A DNA stretch of 64,000 nt. It comes from Burkholderiales bacterium (GTDB taxonomy: Bacteria; Pseudomonadota; Gammaproteobacteria; Burkholderiales; JAEUOS01). Location of the stretch: assembly GCA_947473125.1 (NCBI GenBank), contig CANJDH010000007.1, forward strand, positions 15,598 to 79,597, written 5' to 3'. Below the pieces are notes generated by a model. The model searched no databases. It was not told where the DNA came from and was given only the letters and a program-made list of their open reading frames with translations. Positions 51,640 to 62,042 of the stretch are shown in pieces (within the stretch, counting starts at the first letter, position 1; every line of letters begins with the position of its first letter). The translations under genes were made by a program, and so were the position numbers.

Positions 51640-52605
51640 TCAGTCGGCACGTGCACCGGAGGCCTTGACCACCGGCGCCCACTTGGCCAGTTCCTGCCCG
51701 GTGAAGGCATTGAGTTCGGCGGCCGTCATCTCCTTGGTCTCGACGCCCTGCCCGGCCAGGCGCTCCTGATATTCGGGAAGGGCAATGATTTTTGCGGTCT
51801 CGGCGCGCAAGCGCGCCAGCACCGGCGCGGGCGTCCCCGCAGGTGCGTAGAGAATCCACCAAGGGTTCACTTCAAAACCGGGAAAGCCCTGCTCCGCCAC
51901 CGGCACCGCCTGCGGCATCGCCGGGCTGCGCTTGATACTCGCCAATGCCAGCGCCTTGAGGCGCCCGGATTTGACGTGCTGCCCGACGGCAGGGATGTGA
52001 TAGAACATGAACGACACCTGCCCGGACGCCACATCTGTGACCGCCTGGGCGCCGCTCTTGTAGGGGACGTGCGTCATCTCGACTTTCGCCAGGGTCTTGA
52101 GCAACTCGCCCGCCAGGTGGTTGCCGGTACCGCTGCCTGACGATGCGAAGCTGACCTTGCCCGGCTGCGCCCTGGCCAGCGCCACCACATCGCCGATGTT
52201 GTTGGCCGGCGAATTGGGCGCAGTCACCAGCAGCATCGGCGTGTAGCCGATGAAGCCGAGCGGCGCGAATTCCTTTACCGAGTCGTAGCCGAGCTTGCTG
52301 TAGATGCTCGGGTTGATCGAATGCGTGCCGATGGTACCGAGCACCAGCGTGTAGCCGTCGGCCGGGCTTTTCGCCGCGCGTTCGGTGCCGACCGCGCCGC
52401 CGGCGCCGGCAATGTCTTCCACGATCACCGTTTGCCCGAGTGCCTGGCCCAGACGCTGGCCGAGTTCCCGCGCAATGATGTCGGTCGAGGTGCCGGCGGC
52501 TGCGGGCACGATCAGTTTGATCGGCTTGTCGGGATAGGTCTGCGAGACAGCACCCAAAGAGGTACAGGCAACCACAGCGGCAGCGAGAAGGCGAAGCAGG
52601 GTCAT
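51640..52605 (-). CDS. Bug/TctC-family substrate-binding protein
   Basis: YPDKPIKLIVP, GAGGAVG, HVPYKSG. Confidence 0.93.
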   Translation of the reverse strand: MTLLRLLAAAVVACTSLGAVSQTYPDKPIKLIVPAAAGTSTDIIARELGQRLGQALGQTVIVEDIAGAGGAVGTERAAKSPADGYTLVLGTIGTHSINPSIYSKLGYDSVKEFAPLGFIGYTPMLLVTAPNSPANNIGDVVALARAQPGKVSFASSGSGTGNHLAGELLKTLAKVEMTHVPYKSGAQAVTDVASGQVSFMFYHIPAVGQHVKSGRLKALALASIKRSPAMPQAVPVAEQGFPGFEVNPWWILYAPAGTPAPVLARLRAETAKIIALPEYQERLAGQGVETKEMTAAELNAFTGQELAKWAPVVKASGARAD

Positions 52606-52675
52606 GGCAGGCGGTACAGAACGAATCGGAGCGGCATTGTTTCACGCCGACGCATTTTGCGGAAGCGGCGTACCC

Positions 52676-52714
52676 AAAAAGAAAAAGGCCCGCGATTTCT
52701 CGCGGGCCCTTCTT
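52676..52714 (-). terminator. Intrinsic terminator of groESL
   Basis: GGCCCGCGA-4nt-TCGCGGGCC stem followed on the minus strand by TTTTTCTTTTT. Confidence 0.85.
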
Positions 52715-52809
52715 GTAGCTGTTTGGACTGAAAAATCGTCCGGCTTCGCCGGCAATTTTTCACATTCCAATCCGGTGAAAAGTAGGTTTGTACTTTTCGC
52801 CGAATCGAA

Positions 52810-54483
<1,674 letters not shown>

Positions 54484-54556
54484 CTAAGATCGAATTCGAG
54501 GGTTGGGTCGGCTCAAGCCTGTGCAACAGAACCTGAGTCCGCCTGGCTTGGCCGGA

Positions 54557-54847
54557 TTACTTGGTGACCACGCCCATGATGTCTTCCTCGCGCATCACGA
54601 GGAGCTCGTCGCCGTCGACCTTGACGGTCGAACCGGCGTATTTGCCGAACAGCACTTTGTCGCCGACTTTGACGTCAGGCGCGATCAGCTTGCCGTCGTC
54701 GCCACGCTTGCCGGGGCCGACAGCCATGACTTCACCCTGGTCGGGCTTCTCGGCGGCAGAATCAGGGATCACGATGCCGGATGCGGTTTTGCGCTCATCT
54801 TCGATACGCTTAACAATCACGCGATCGTGCAGGGGACGAATTTTCAT
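54557..54847 (-). CDS. groS: Co-chaperonin GroES
   Basis: [35 protein letters not shown]. Confidence 0.99.
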   Translation of the reverse strand: MKIRPLHDRVIVKRIEDERKTASGIVIPDSAAEKPDQGEVMAVGPGKRGDDGKLIAPDVKVGDKVLFGKYAGSTVKVDGDELLVMREEDIMGVVTK

Positions 54848-54971
54848 ATCTAAATCTCCTTTTTAAACAATGGCTTGTTTACATTTGGCCGGATTGGCCA
54901 ATCTCTTGACGAGTTTGCCGTGATGTGGTGTCGGCCGATCGGCCAAGCATGCAACCAGCTGGGGCGGATTG

Positions 54972-54998
54972 TTAGCACTCAACATCAACGAGTGCTAA
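54972..54998 (-). promoter_or_regulatory. CIRCE element (HrcA operator)
   Basis: Perfect TTAGCACTC-N9-GAGTGCTAA. Confidence 0.97.
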
Positions 54999-55026
54999 TT
55001 ATAGGGTCTTTCAACCGGATTGCAAG
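54999..55026 (-). promoter_or_regulatory. Sigma32-type promoter of groESL
   Basis: Minus strand CTTGCA-N14-CCCTATAA, abutting CIRCE. Confidence 0.7.
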
Positions 55027-55140
55027 GGCTGCCCTTACGGTTTTTGGGCTAAATGACAGGCACCTGCCAGGATCATTGGTGGGGGCGGTCTTTCATGGCA
55101 CATGCTCGAAACCTGTTGCCTAGCAACGGCTTTCGGGTGG

Positions 55141-55917
55141 CTATCTATGGAGAAACGGCTCGATGGACGCGATCGCGTCGCCGCGCAAGTAGCGACTATG
55201 CAGGAACGCCGACTGGACGCCGGCCAGCTCAATCAAGGCGCCACCCCGGTTCGCGCCGATTTTCCAGATCGCGGCTCCACTCATGCCCTCGAGGGCCGGG
55301 GTGTGGATCATCCGGCCATCGCCGCGTTCGGCCACCCGGCCATAGACGCAACGCAGATCCTCAGCAGGGTCGTCGTGTTGCCGTGTGGTAATGGTCAGGC
55401 GCTTGGCGGCCAGAAACCCGCGTTCAAAACGTGACCAGACCGCAGGAAACCCGGCGAGGCAGAAAGTGGCCGACCGATCGGTAGCGCGATGCTTGCGCCG
55501 CCGCAAGACTCGTTGCAGCGGCATGGCAACACGCCCGGTGAGCAGTCGCGACAGTTCGCGGGTCCGCGCCAGATCGACCATAGCGATGTCCGCACCGCCC
55601 AGCACGCGCACTTGCGCGCCTTCGAGCGACAGCAATTGCCCCGACCCGCGCTCCGGCACGAGCCAGTTGCCACTGGTGGTGGCCGCGTCGAACAGATGGG
55701 CTGCAGTGAGCAGCGTGTAATGCCCGTCACACGCTAGAAGGGTGCCCGTACCCAGAATGGCGGCGCGTGCGTGGTCGTGCACCGCTATCGGCACGGTACA
55801 CGCTTCGAGCAGGCCGGCAAGGCCCGAATTTGCCCAACCGGTGCCAGACACGCCGCGCTGCGGCTCGGCGCGATCAAAACGGATGCGCGTCTCGCCGACA
55901 TCGTCCCACAGGAACAA
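55141..55917 (-). CDS. Trypsin-like (chymotrypsin-fold) serine protease, no signal peptide
   Basis: GTGTLL, LTAAH (H74), DIA (D110), LAGFP, GMSG (S213), LAGV; TTG start with AAGAGG RBS, 26 nt after the AAA gene stop. Confidence 0.75.
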   Translation of the reverse strand: MFLWDDVGETRIRFDRAEPQRGVSGTGWANSGLAGLLEACTVPIAVHDHARAAILGTGTLLACDGHYTLLTAAHLFDAATTSGNWLVPERGSGQLLSLEGAQVRVLGGADIAMVDLARTRELSRLLTGRVAMPLQRVLRRRKHRATDRSATFCLAGFPAVWSRFERGFLAAKRLTITTRQHDDPAEDLRCVYGRVAERGDGRMIHTPALEGMSGAAIWKIGANRGGALIELAGVQSAFLHSRYLRGDAIASIEPFLHR

Positions 55918-55943
55918 GGCAGCGCCTCTTTTGTGTGAGAGCC

Positions 55944-56930
55944 TTAAAAACCGATGCTGCGCCGCTTTGCATGCGCGTCGCGAATGTCGTCCACCGACAA
56001 CTCGGATCGGCCCGAGAGCTTGGCGCTACCGAACGCCTGCCCCAGCAAGCGTCGCATTTCGCGCGGCCCGTTAGCGGCGAGTTTGTCCTGGACGGCCGAA
56101 CCGAGCTCAGACGGGAACTGCGCACCCCACTCATGGCTGTCGCGGATTTCCTTGTAAATCGAGCGTGCAATGCGACATGCCGCGTCGTGGTCGGGCGCTT
56201 CGATGTGATACACGTTCATGCGATTGAGCAGCGGCTCGGGGATGCGCGCTTCGTCATTCGCGGTGGCCATCCAAACCACGTCGGCAGCATCGATCGGCAG
56301 CTCGATGAATTCGTCGATGAACTCGGCGGCAGTGTCGTGTTCAAGCAGGCTGTAGAGCGCGCCGAGCGGGTCGTAGGCCCCGTCTCCCGAGGCCTTGTCG
56401 ATCTCGTCGACCACCATCACCGGGTTGGCGTATTCGCCGTGCAGGAACTGCTCGAACACCTTACCCGGTTTGGCGTTTTTCCACTGCGATGATGCGCCGC
56501 CGATGATCCAGCCGGCCGTGAGCGAACTCATCGAGATAAAACCGAAACCGGTACCGAGCAGTTTGGAAATGCGTTTGGCGAAGTGGGTCTTGCCGATGCC
56601 CGGGTCGCCGAGCAGCAGCATGGGTGTGAGTTCGAGGCGATCGCGGCTGTCGACGCACAGCGCAAGCTGGCGCTTGATGTCGTCGAGCACGTCGCCGAAG
56701 TTGGGCAGGTCTTCGTACAGATCATTCATCTCGGGCAGGCCCGAAGGCTTGACGGCGAAGCGCTCGCCTCCGGCACGCAACATCTTTTGGTACGTGTCGC
56801 GCAGCGCATCGTTTTGCCCGGCGACTTCGCCTAGTGCGCGATCCACCTTCTTGACGTCGTAAACCTGTTTCATGCCCGCAATCGGTATGTTGACCGACTT
56901 GTAGGGGACGGGAAGGGCAATCTCGCTCAT
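55944..56930 (-). CDS. Stand-alone Lon-like AAA+ ATPase (no Lon N-domain or protease domain)
   Basis: Walker A GDPGIGKT, Walker B VVDEIDK, DPLGALYSLLE, sensor-1 TAN, Arg finger LLNRM; 328 aa from ATG 56930 with AGGTGAGG RBS. Confidence 0.88.
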   Translation of the reverse strand: MSEIALPVPYKSVNIPIAGMKQVYDVKKVDRALGEVAGQNDALRDTYQKMLRAGGERFAVKPSGLPEMNDLYEDLPNFGDVLDDIKRQLALCVDSRDRLELTPMLLLGDPGIGKTHFAKRISKLLGTGFGFISMSSLTAGWIIGGASSQWKNAKPGKVFEQFLHGEYANPVMVVDEIDKASGDGAYDPLGALYSLLEHDTAAEFIDEFIELPIDAADVVWMATANDEARIPEPLLNRMNVYHIEAPDHDAACRIARSIYKEIRDSHEWGAQFPSELGSAVQDKLAANGPREMRRLLGQAFGSAKLSGRSELSVDDIRDAHAKRRSIGF

Positions 56931-56945
56931 GGCGGCCTCACCTTT

Positions 56946-56984
56946 CTGGTTACTGCGCTGCTGGTTACTGCGCTGGTTACTGCG
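56946..56984. repeat. Three copies of the 12-mer CTGGTTACTGCG in the AAA ATPase leader
   Basis: Copies at 56946-56957, 56961-56972 and 56973-56984 (3-bp spacer after the first). Confidence 0.92.
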
Positions 56985-57178
56985 TTGACAAGTATGCGGG
57001 ATCAACGACAATTCATTTAACTCCGCTGACACATAAGCGTTGACGGGAAAAGATAGACAAATATCCCGCATTAAGCAAACCAGCACTCACGCTTGTTCGC
57101 TGCCAGTCGCACATGCACGTGATGCGGCGCGCACCAATGGGGGTCAGATAATCGCGCATCGCATGGGATAATCAGTGC

Positions 57179-58666
57179 ATGGTTTCATCACGGACACGCT
57201 CGTACTCTGCAAAGCCTTGGTGGGCAATGGTCCTGGCGGTGTGGCTCAGCGCATTGCCGGGTGTCATTCCTGGTGCATCCGCCCAGCAAGCCGCACCAGA
57301 AACGGAAAGCGCACTCCCCGCCGGTTTTCCTGCGAGTGTTGCAAACGCGCTGCGTGCCGCCAAACTGCCCGCCTCGGCCATCGGCTTTTTTGTGCAGGAC
57401 GTAACGGCAACCAAGCCGGCATTGGCGCTCAATGCGGAGCGCGCCATGAACCCTGCATCGGTGATGAAGCTCGTTACCACCTACTCGGCGCTCGAGTTGC
57501 TCGGCCCGAGCTTCGTCTGGAAGACCGGTTTTTACGCCGCCGGTACGCTGCGCGGCGATGTACTCGACGGCCACCTGGCAATCAAAGGCTCGGGTGACCC
57601 CAAGTTTTCCCAGGAACAATTGTGGCTCGCGCTCAAGGCGGTACGCGCGCGCGGCGTGCGCGAGATTCGCGGCAACATCCTGCTCGACCGGTCCGGCTTT
57701 GAAGCCAACGGCTATGACCCGTCCAAATTTGACGGCGATCCTCTGCGGGCCTACAACGCCGGGCCCGATGCCCTGCTGATCAATTTCAAGGCGCTTGCCC
57801 TGACGTTTGTGCCGGACGAGGCCGGCACTGCGGTCACGGTCAGCGCCGAGCCGCGCGGCCTGCCGATGCGCTCCAGCGTCAAGCTGGGTCAGGGCGCCTG
57901 CGCGGAATTTCGCAGCTACCCGGTGAGGGCCAAAGTGGACGCGACCGGCATCGAGCTGACCGGCAGCTATGCCGCATCCTGTGGCGTCAAGACCTGGTGG
58001 CTGCATCCCTTCGAGTTGACGCACCAGCAATACGCGGCCGCGGTGATTCGCCAGTTGTGGGTGGATCTGGGAGGCGTACTTAGCGGAGAAGTGCGTGATG
58101 GCGCGTTGCCCGCAGGCAGCCGCCAGCTCTTCGAAGCGGAGTCTCTGAGCCTCGCCGAGGTGACGCGCGACATCAACAAATTTTCCAACAACGTGATGGC
58201 GCGCCAGCTGTTTCTCACCCTTGGCGCCGAAACGCTGAAATTGCCGGGCAGCGCGGAGCGTTCAGCGCGCGCCATCAGGACGTGGCTGATCGACAAAAAA
58301 GTCGGCGGCGACGAACTGGTGATGGAAAATGGCTCGGGGCTGTCGCGCATCGAGCGCATCTCGGCAGGCACATTGGGCCGCATGCTGGTGGCGGCGTTTC
58401 GCAGCCCGGTCATGCCCGAATTCATGTCGTCGATGCCGCTGGTGGCCTATGACGGCACCATGCGGCGACGCCTCAAGACACGCGACATTGCCGGGCAGGC
58501 CCACATCAAGACCGGCTCCCTCAATGACGTGCGTGCCATCGGTGGATACGTGCTGGCCGCGTCGGGCCGGCGTTATGCGGTGGTGTTCATGGTCAACCAT
58601 GGCAGTGCCGGCGCGTCGCAGGGGGCGCAGGACGCCTTGCTGCAATGGGTGCACGGCGAAGGTTGA
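57179..58666 (+). CDS. dacB: D-alanyl-D-alanine carboxypeptidase/endopeptidase (PBP4, peptidase S13)
   Basis: PASVMK (SxxK), GSGDP, FSNN (SxN), NGSGLSR, KTGS. Confidence 0.95.
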   Translation: MVSSRTRSYSAKPWWAMVLAVWLSALPGVIPGASAQQAAPETESALPAGFPASVANALRAAKLPASAIGFFVQDVTATKPALALNAERAMNPASVMKLVTTYSALELLGPSFVWKTGFYAAGTLRGDVLDGHLAIKGSGDPKFSQEQLWLALKAVRARGVREIRGNILLDRSGFEANGYDPSKFDGDPLRAYNAGPDALLINFKALALTFVPDEAGTAVTVSAEPRGLPMRSSVKLGQGACAEFRSYPVRAKVDATGIELTGSYAASCGVKTWWLHPFELTHQQYAAAVIRQLWVDLGGVLSGEVRDGALPAGSRQLFEAESLSLAEVTRDINKFSNNVMARQLFLTLGAETLKLPGSAERSARAIRTWLIDKKVGGDELVMENGSGLSRIERISAGTLGRMLVAAFRSPVMPEFMSSMPLVAYDGTMRRRLKTRDIAGQAHIKTGSLNDVRAIGGYVLAASGRRYAVVFMVNHGSAGASQGAQDALLQWVHGEG

Positions 58667-58766
58667 GCGGGTGTGGCAAACGCCGCTGCGCCAGCGGCAG
58701 GTCTGGCTGTGTGTCGGCCGGTTGGCCTGAAACCCTCATCCAGCGCGGCTCTTCGGAGGCCGGCCA

Positions 58767-59867
58767 ATGACAAGGCGCATCGCACATCTCGACATGGATG
58801 CGTTTTATGCGTCGGTCGAATTGCTGCGCCGCCCTGACCTTGCCGGCCAGCCGGTGGCAATCGGCGGCCGTGGTGACCCGACACGACGCGGCGTGGTCAC
58901 GACCGCCACTTACGCGGCGCGCGCCTACGGCATTCACTCCGGCATGGCGCTGAAGATCGCGGTTCAGCTCTGCCCGCATTGCGTCTTTCTGCCGGTGGAC
59001 TTCGACGAATACCGAAAGTACTCGCGGCTGTTCAAAGCGGCCATCGCCGGGGTTGCCCCGGTGATTGAGGACCGCGGCATCGATGAGGTCTACATTGACC
59101 TCACCGACGCGATCGAGGATTCGATTTCAATCGCGCAGGCGATCAAGGCATCCGTGGTGGAGGCAACCGGGCTGACCTGCTCGATTGCCGTCGCGCCGAA
59201 CAAGCTGCTGGCAAAGATTGGCTCGGAGCTCGACAAACCCGACGGGCTCACCATTCTGGAAATGGCCGACCTCGATTCGCGCATCTGGCCACTTCCGGCC
59301 AAGCGCATCAATGGTGTGGGCCCAAAGGCCAGCGAGAAATTGGCGCGCCTCAATATCCATACCATCGGCGATATGGCTAGGGAAACCCCGGCGTTCCTCG
59401 TAAAGCACTTTGGCAAGACCTACGGTACGTGGCTGCATGAATGCGCCTATGGGCGCGACGAGCGCCCGGTAGTGACACATCAGGAGCCCAAATCGCGCTC
59501 GCGCGAAACCACATTTCAGGATGACACTCGCGACTGGAACAAAATTGCCGGGGTTCTGGTGCAGCTGTGCAAGCAAGTAGCGGAAGACCTCCAACGCCGC
59601 GAGTACCGGGGCCGCACCATCGGCGTCAAGCTGCGCTACAACAGTTTTCAGATTGTCACGCGTGATCGGACGCTCGATGCGGCGACCAGCGACGAGCTGG
59701 TCATCCGCAAGGCTGCATTCGACGCGCTTGGCCGGGTTGCGCCGAATCGCCTGCTGGAACGGCCGATCCGCCTGATCGGCGTGCGCGTCGGGTCTCTGGT
59801 CCGGGAGGGACCTGAGAAGTTGCCGGGCTTCGACGCGGCGCGCGGGACCTCCCTGCCCTTGTTTTAG
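58767..59867 (+). CDS. dinB: DNA polymerase IV
   Basis: HLDMDAFYASVE, YAARAYGIHSGM, GIDEVY, APNKLLAKI, IRLIGV. Confidence 0.95.
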   Translation: MTRRIAHLDMDAFYASVELLRRPDLAGQPVAIGGRGDPTRRGVVTTATYAARAYGIHSGMALKIAVQLCPHCVFLPVDFDEYRKYSRLFKAAIAGVAPVIEDRGIDEVYIDLTDAIEDSISIAQAIKASVVEATGLTCSIAVAPNKLLAKIGSELDKPDGLTILEMADLDSRIWPLPAKRINGVGPKASEKLARLNIHTIGDMARETPAFLVKHFGKTYGTWLHECAYGRDERPVVTHQEPKSRSRETTFQDDTRDWNKIAGVLVQLCKQVAEDLQRREYRGRTIGVKLRYNSFQIVTRDRTLDAATSDELVIRKAAFDALGRVAPNRLLERPIRLIGVRVGSLVREGPEKLPGFDAARGTSLPLF

Positions 59868-59868
59868 A

Positions 59869-60189
59869 TCATGTGAGCGAGGGACGGCTGCGGTTTTCCA
59901 TCAATTCAATGCCCTTGAGGCTAATGGCCGCACCGAGCCGATTGAGCTTGACAATGCCCAGCGCCGCCATGCGCCGCAGGCGTGGCTGCAGGAAGCCGCG
60001 CAACTCGCCATCGCGATACGCCGCAGCCCCGGGAAACACCTCGCGCGCCAGTTCATTGGGCTCACGCCAGCGTTCGGAGCGTTCGTACAGCGACTCAAGG
60101 ATCCGCCCCTGGATCGTATCGAGGCGAATCGCGGCGATAGAAAGCGATTCCTGCAGCATGTGCGGTGGTTGAACCATGGACCAGGACAT
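59869..60189 (-). CDS. Small hypothetical protein, possible winged helix-turn-helix
   Basis: RILESL...NELAREV...LRRMAALGIV...AISLKGIEL pattern; fills the gap between dinB and DUF1415. Confidence 0.45.
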   Translation of the reverse strand: MSWSMVQPPHMLQESLSIAAIRLDTIQGRILESLYERSERWREPNELAREVFPGAAAYRDGELRGFLQPRLRRMAALGIVKLNRLGAAISLKGIELMENRSRPSLT

Positions 60190-60338
60190 GCCAAGCGTAG
60201 CAAACCCAGCCTATGGCCATGCGTGGAACTGGCTACGAAAACCAGCTCAGCTCAAGCCCCGCCGCTCTTTCTCGCGGCTCGGATAGGCAAGGCGCATGGT
60301 GGGATCGACGGTCGTGCTTCAGGCATACTTCCGCCCTG

Positions 60339-60899
60339 ATGAACACGATCGACAACGACTCCATCATTGCCGCAACCCGCGACTGGGTTGAAAGGGCTGT
60401 CATCGGCCTCAATTTGTGCCCGTTTGCCAAGGCGGTGCAAGTCAAGGACCAGATTCGCTATGTGGTCAGCGCAGCACGGGATGCCGACACCCTGCTGCAG
60501 GATCTTTCGAACGAGCTCAGGCATCTTGCCGCAACCAGCGCATCGGAAACCGACACGACACTGTTGATTCACCCGTGGGCGCTCAACGATTTTCTTGACT
60601 ACAACGAGTTTCTGGAGATCGCCGATGCCGCCATTGAGGCGCTGGATCTGACCGGCGAACTGCAGGTGGCGAGCTTCCACCCCGACTACCAGTTTGCCGA
60701 CAGCGCGCCCGACGATATCGAAAACTGCACCAATCGCTCACCCTACCCGACCCTGCACCTGCTGCGCGAAGAGAGCATCGACCGGGCGGTGGCGGCCTTT
60801 CCCGATGCAGCGGACATCTACGCAGCCAACATCCGCACGCTGCGCACATTGGGATGGGCGGGTTGGAATGCACTGAACTTGCAGGCACCTGAAACATAA
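60339..60899 (+). CDS. DUF1415-family protein
   Basis: WVERAVIGLNLCPFAK, TTLLIHP, QVASFHPDYQF, NRSPYPTLHLLRE. Start at ATG 60339. Confidence 0.9.
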   Translation: MNTIDNDSIIAATRDWVERAVIGLNLCPFAKAVQVKDQIRYVVSAARDADTLLQDLSNELRHLAATSASETDTTLLIHPWALNDFLDYNEFLEIADAAIEALDLTGELQVASFHPDYQFADSAPDDIENCTNRSPYPTLHLLREESIDRAVAAFPDAADIYAANIRTLRTLGWAGWNALNLQAPET

Positions 60900-60982
60900 C
60901 CGACGTCATCACCAGACAAGCCCGGGCGCGGTGCTCTTCACCGAACCGCGGCGAAGCCAACCGCCATGAAACAGGAGAAATC

Positions 60983-61966
60983 ATGCAACCGATAAGAACC
61001 GTTTGGGCAAGCGCATTGGTATTGACGGCCAGCGTGATGCTGATGGCCAGCGCAGGACAGGCGCAGGACTATCCCAACAAGCCGATCCGCCTGATCGTAC
61101 CGTTCGCCACGGGCGGTGTCACTGACACCTCGGCGCGCGTACTGGCCGACAAGCTGTCACGCCAGATCGGCCAGCAGGTCATCGTCGAAAACCGCCCCGG
61201 GGGATCGGGCAACCCCGGCACCCAGTATGTGGCGCAATCAGCGCCGGACGGCTACACGCTGCTGCTTGCCTTCGACGGCACGATGGTCATCAACCCTTTC
61301 GTGTTCCCGAAAATTCCGTTCGACACGGTGAAAGACTTCCAGCCGATCACCAAACTGGGCGACGCCGCGCTGGTGCTGGTGGCGCACCCGGCGGTGCCCG
61401 CAAAGACGTTTGCCGAGTTGATGGCGTATTCGAAGGCGAATCCCGGCAAGCTCTCCTTCGGGCACTCGGGTACCGGCGGTACGACCCATGTGGCCGGCGA
61501 ACTGCTCAAGCAGCGCACCGGGCTCGACATGACGCACATTCCCTACAAGAGCGGCGGCCAGGCAGTGATTGATGCGATCGGCGGGCAGGTGCCGCTGGCC
61601 TACTCGGCCGTGGCCGGCGCTCAGGCTCACATCAAATCGGGCAAGCTGGTGGCGTTGGGCGTGTCATCCCAGAAACGCATCGCGTCGCTGCCGGATGTGC
61701 CGACCTTCATCGAACAAGGAGTGGCGGGGTTCGAGGCAGTGTCATGGGTGGGCATCATGGTTCCGGCGAAGACGCCGAGGACCGTGGTGGACCGGCTGCA
61801 TCGCGACATTAGCGCCGCCCTGAAAGAACCGGACCTGCGCGAGCGCTTTTCAACCCTCGGCATCGATCCGGTCGGCAACACGCCCGAACAATTCGCCGAG
61901 CAGATCAAGGCGGACCTTGCCCGCTGGGGCAAGGTCGTGGAGCAGGCGAAGATCAGGCTCGAGTGA
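60983..61966 (+). CDS. Bug/TctC-family substrate-binding protein
   Basis: YPNKPIRLIVPFATGG, ENRPGGSG, HIPYKSG. Confidence 0.93.
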   Translation: MQPIRTVWASALVLTASVMLMASAGQAQDYPNKPIRLIVPFATGGVTDTSARVLADKLSRQIGQQVIVENRPGGSGNPGTQYVAQSAPDGYTLLLAFDGTMVINPFVFPKIPFDTVKDFQPITKLGDAALVLVAHPAVPAKTFAELMAYSKANPGKLSFGHSGTGGTTHVAGELLKQRTGLDMTHIPYKSGGQAVIDAIGGQVPLAYSAVAGAQAHIKSGKLVALGVSSQKRIASLPDVPTFIEQGVAGFEAVSWVGIMVPAKTPRTVVDRLHRDISAALKEPDLRERFSTLGIDPVGNTPEQFAEQIKADLARWGKVVEQAKIRLE

Positions 61967-62042
61967 GCTTGGCCGTCTGTGGCGCGGCTCGCGGATGCCG
62001 CGCCGCGAACGGGAAGCGTCTCCCCTAGGCCAGAACCATCGC

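Noticed and set aside
56946-56984. Possible CRISPR array from the short direct repeats
   Set aside because: The repeats are 12 bp and essentially contiguous, with no unique spacers and no cas genes nearby.
58667-58766. LexA (SOS) box upstream of dinB
   Set aside because: No CTGT-N8-ACAG match found in the intergenic region.
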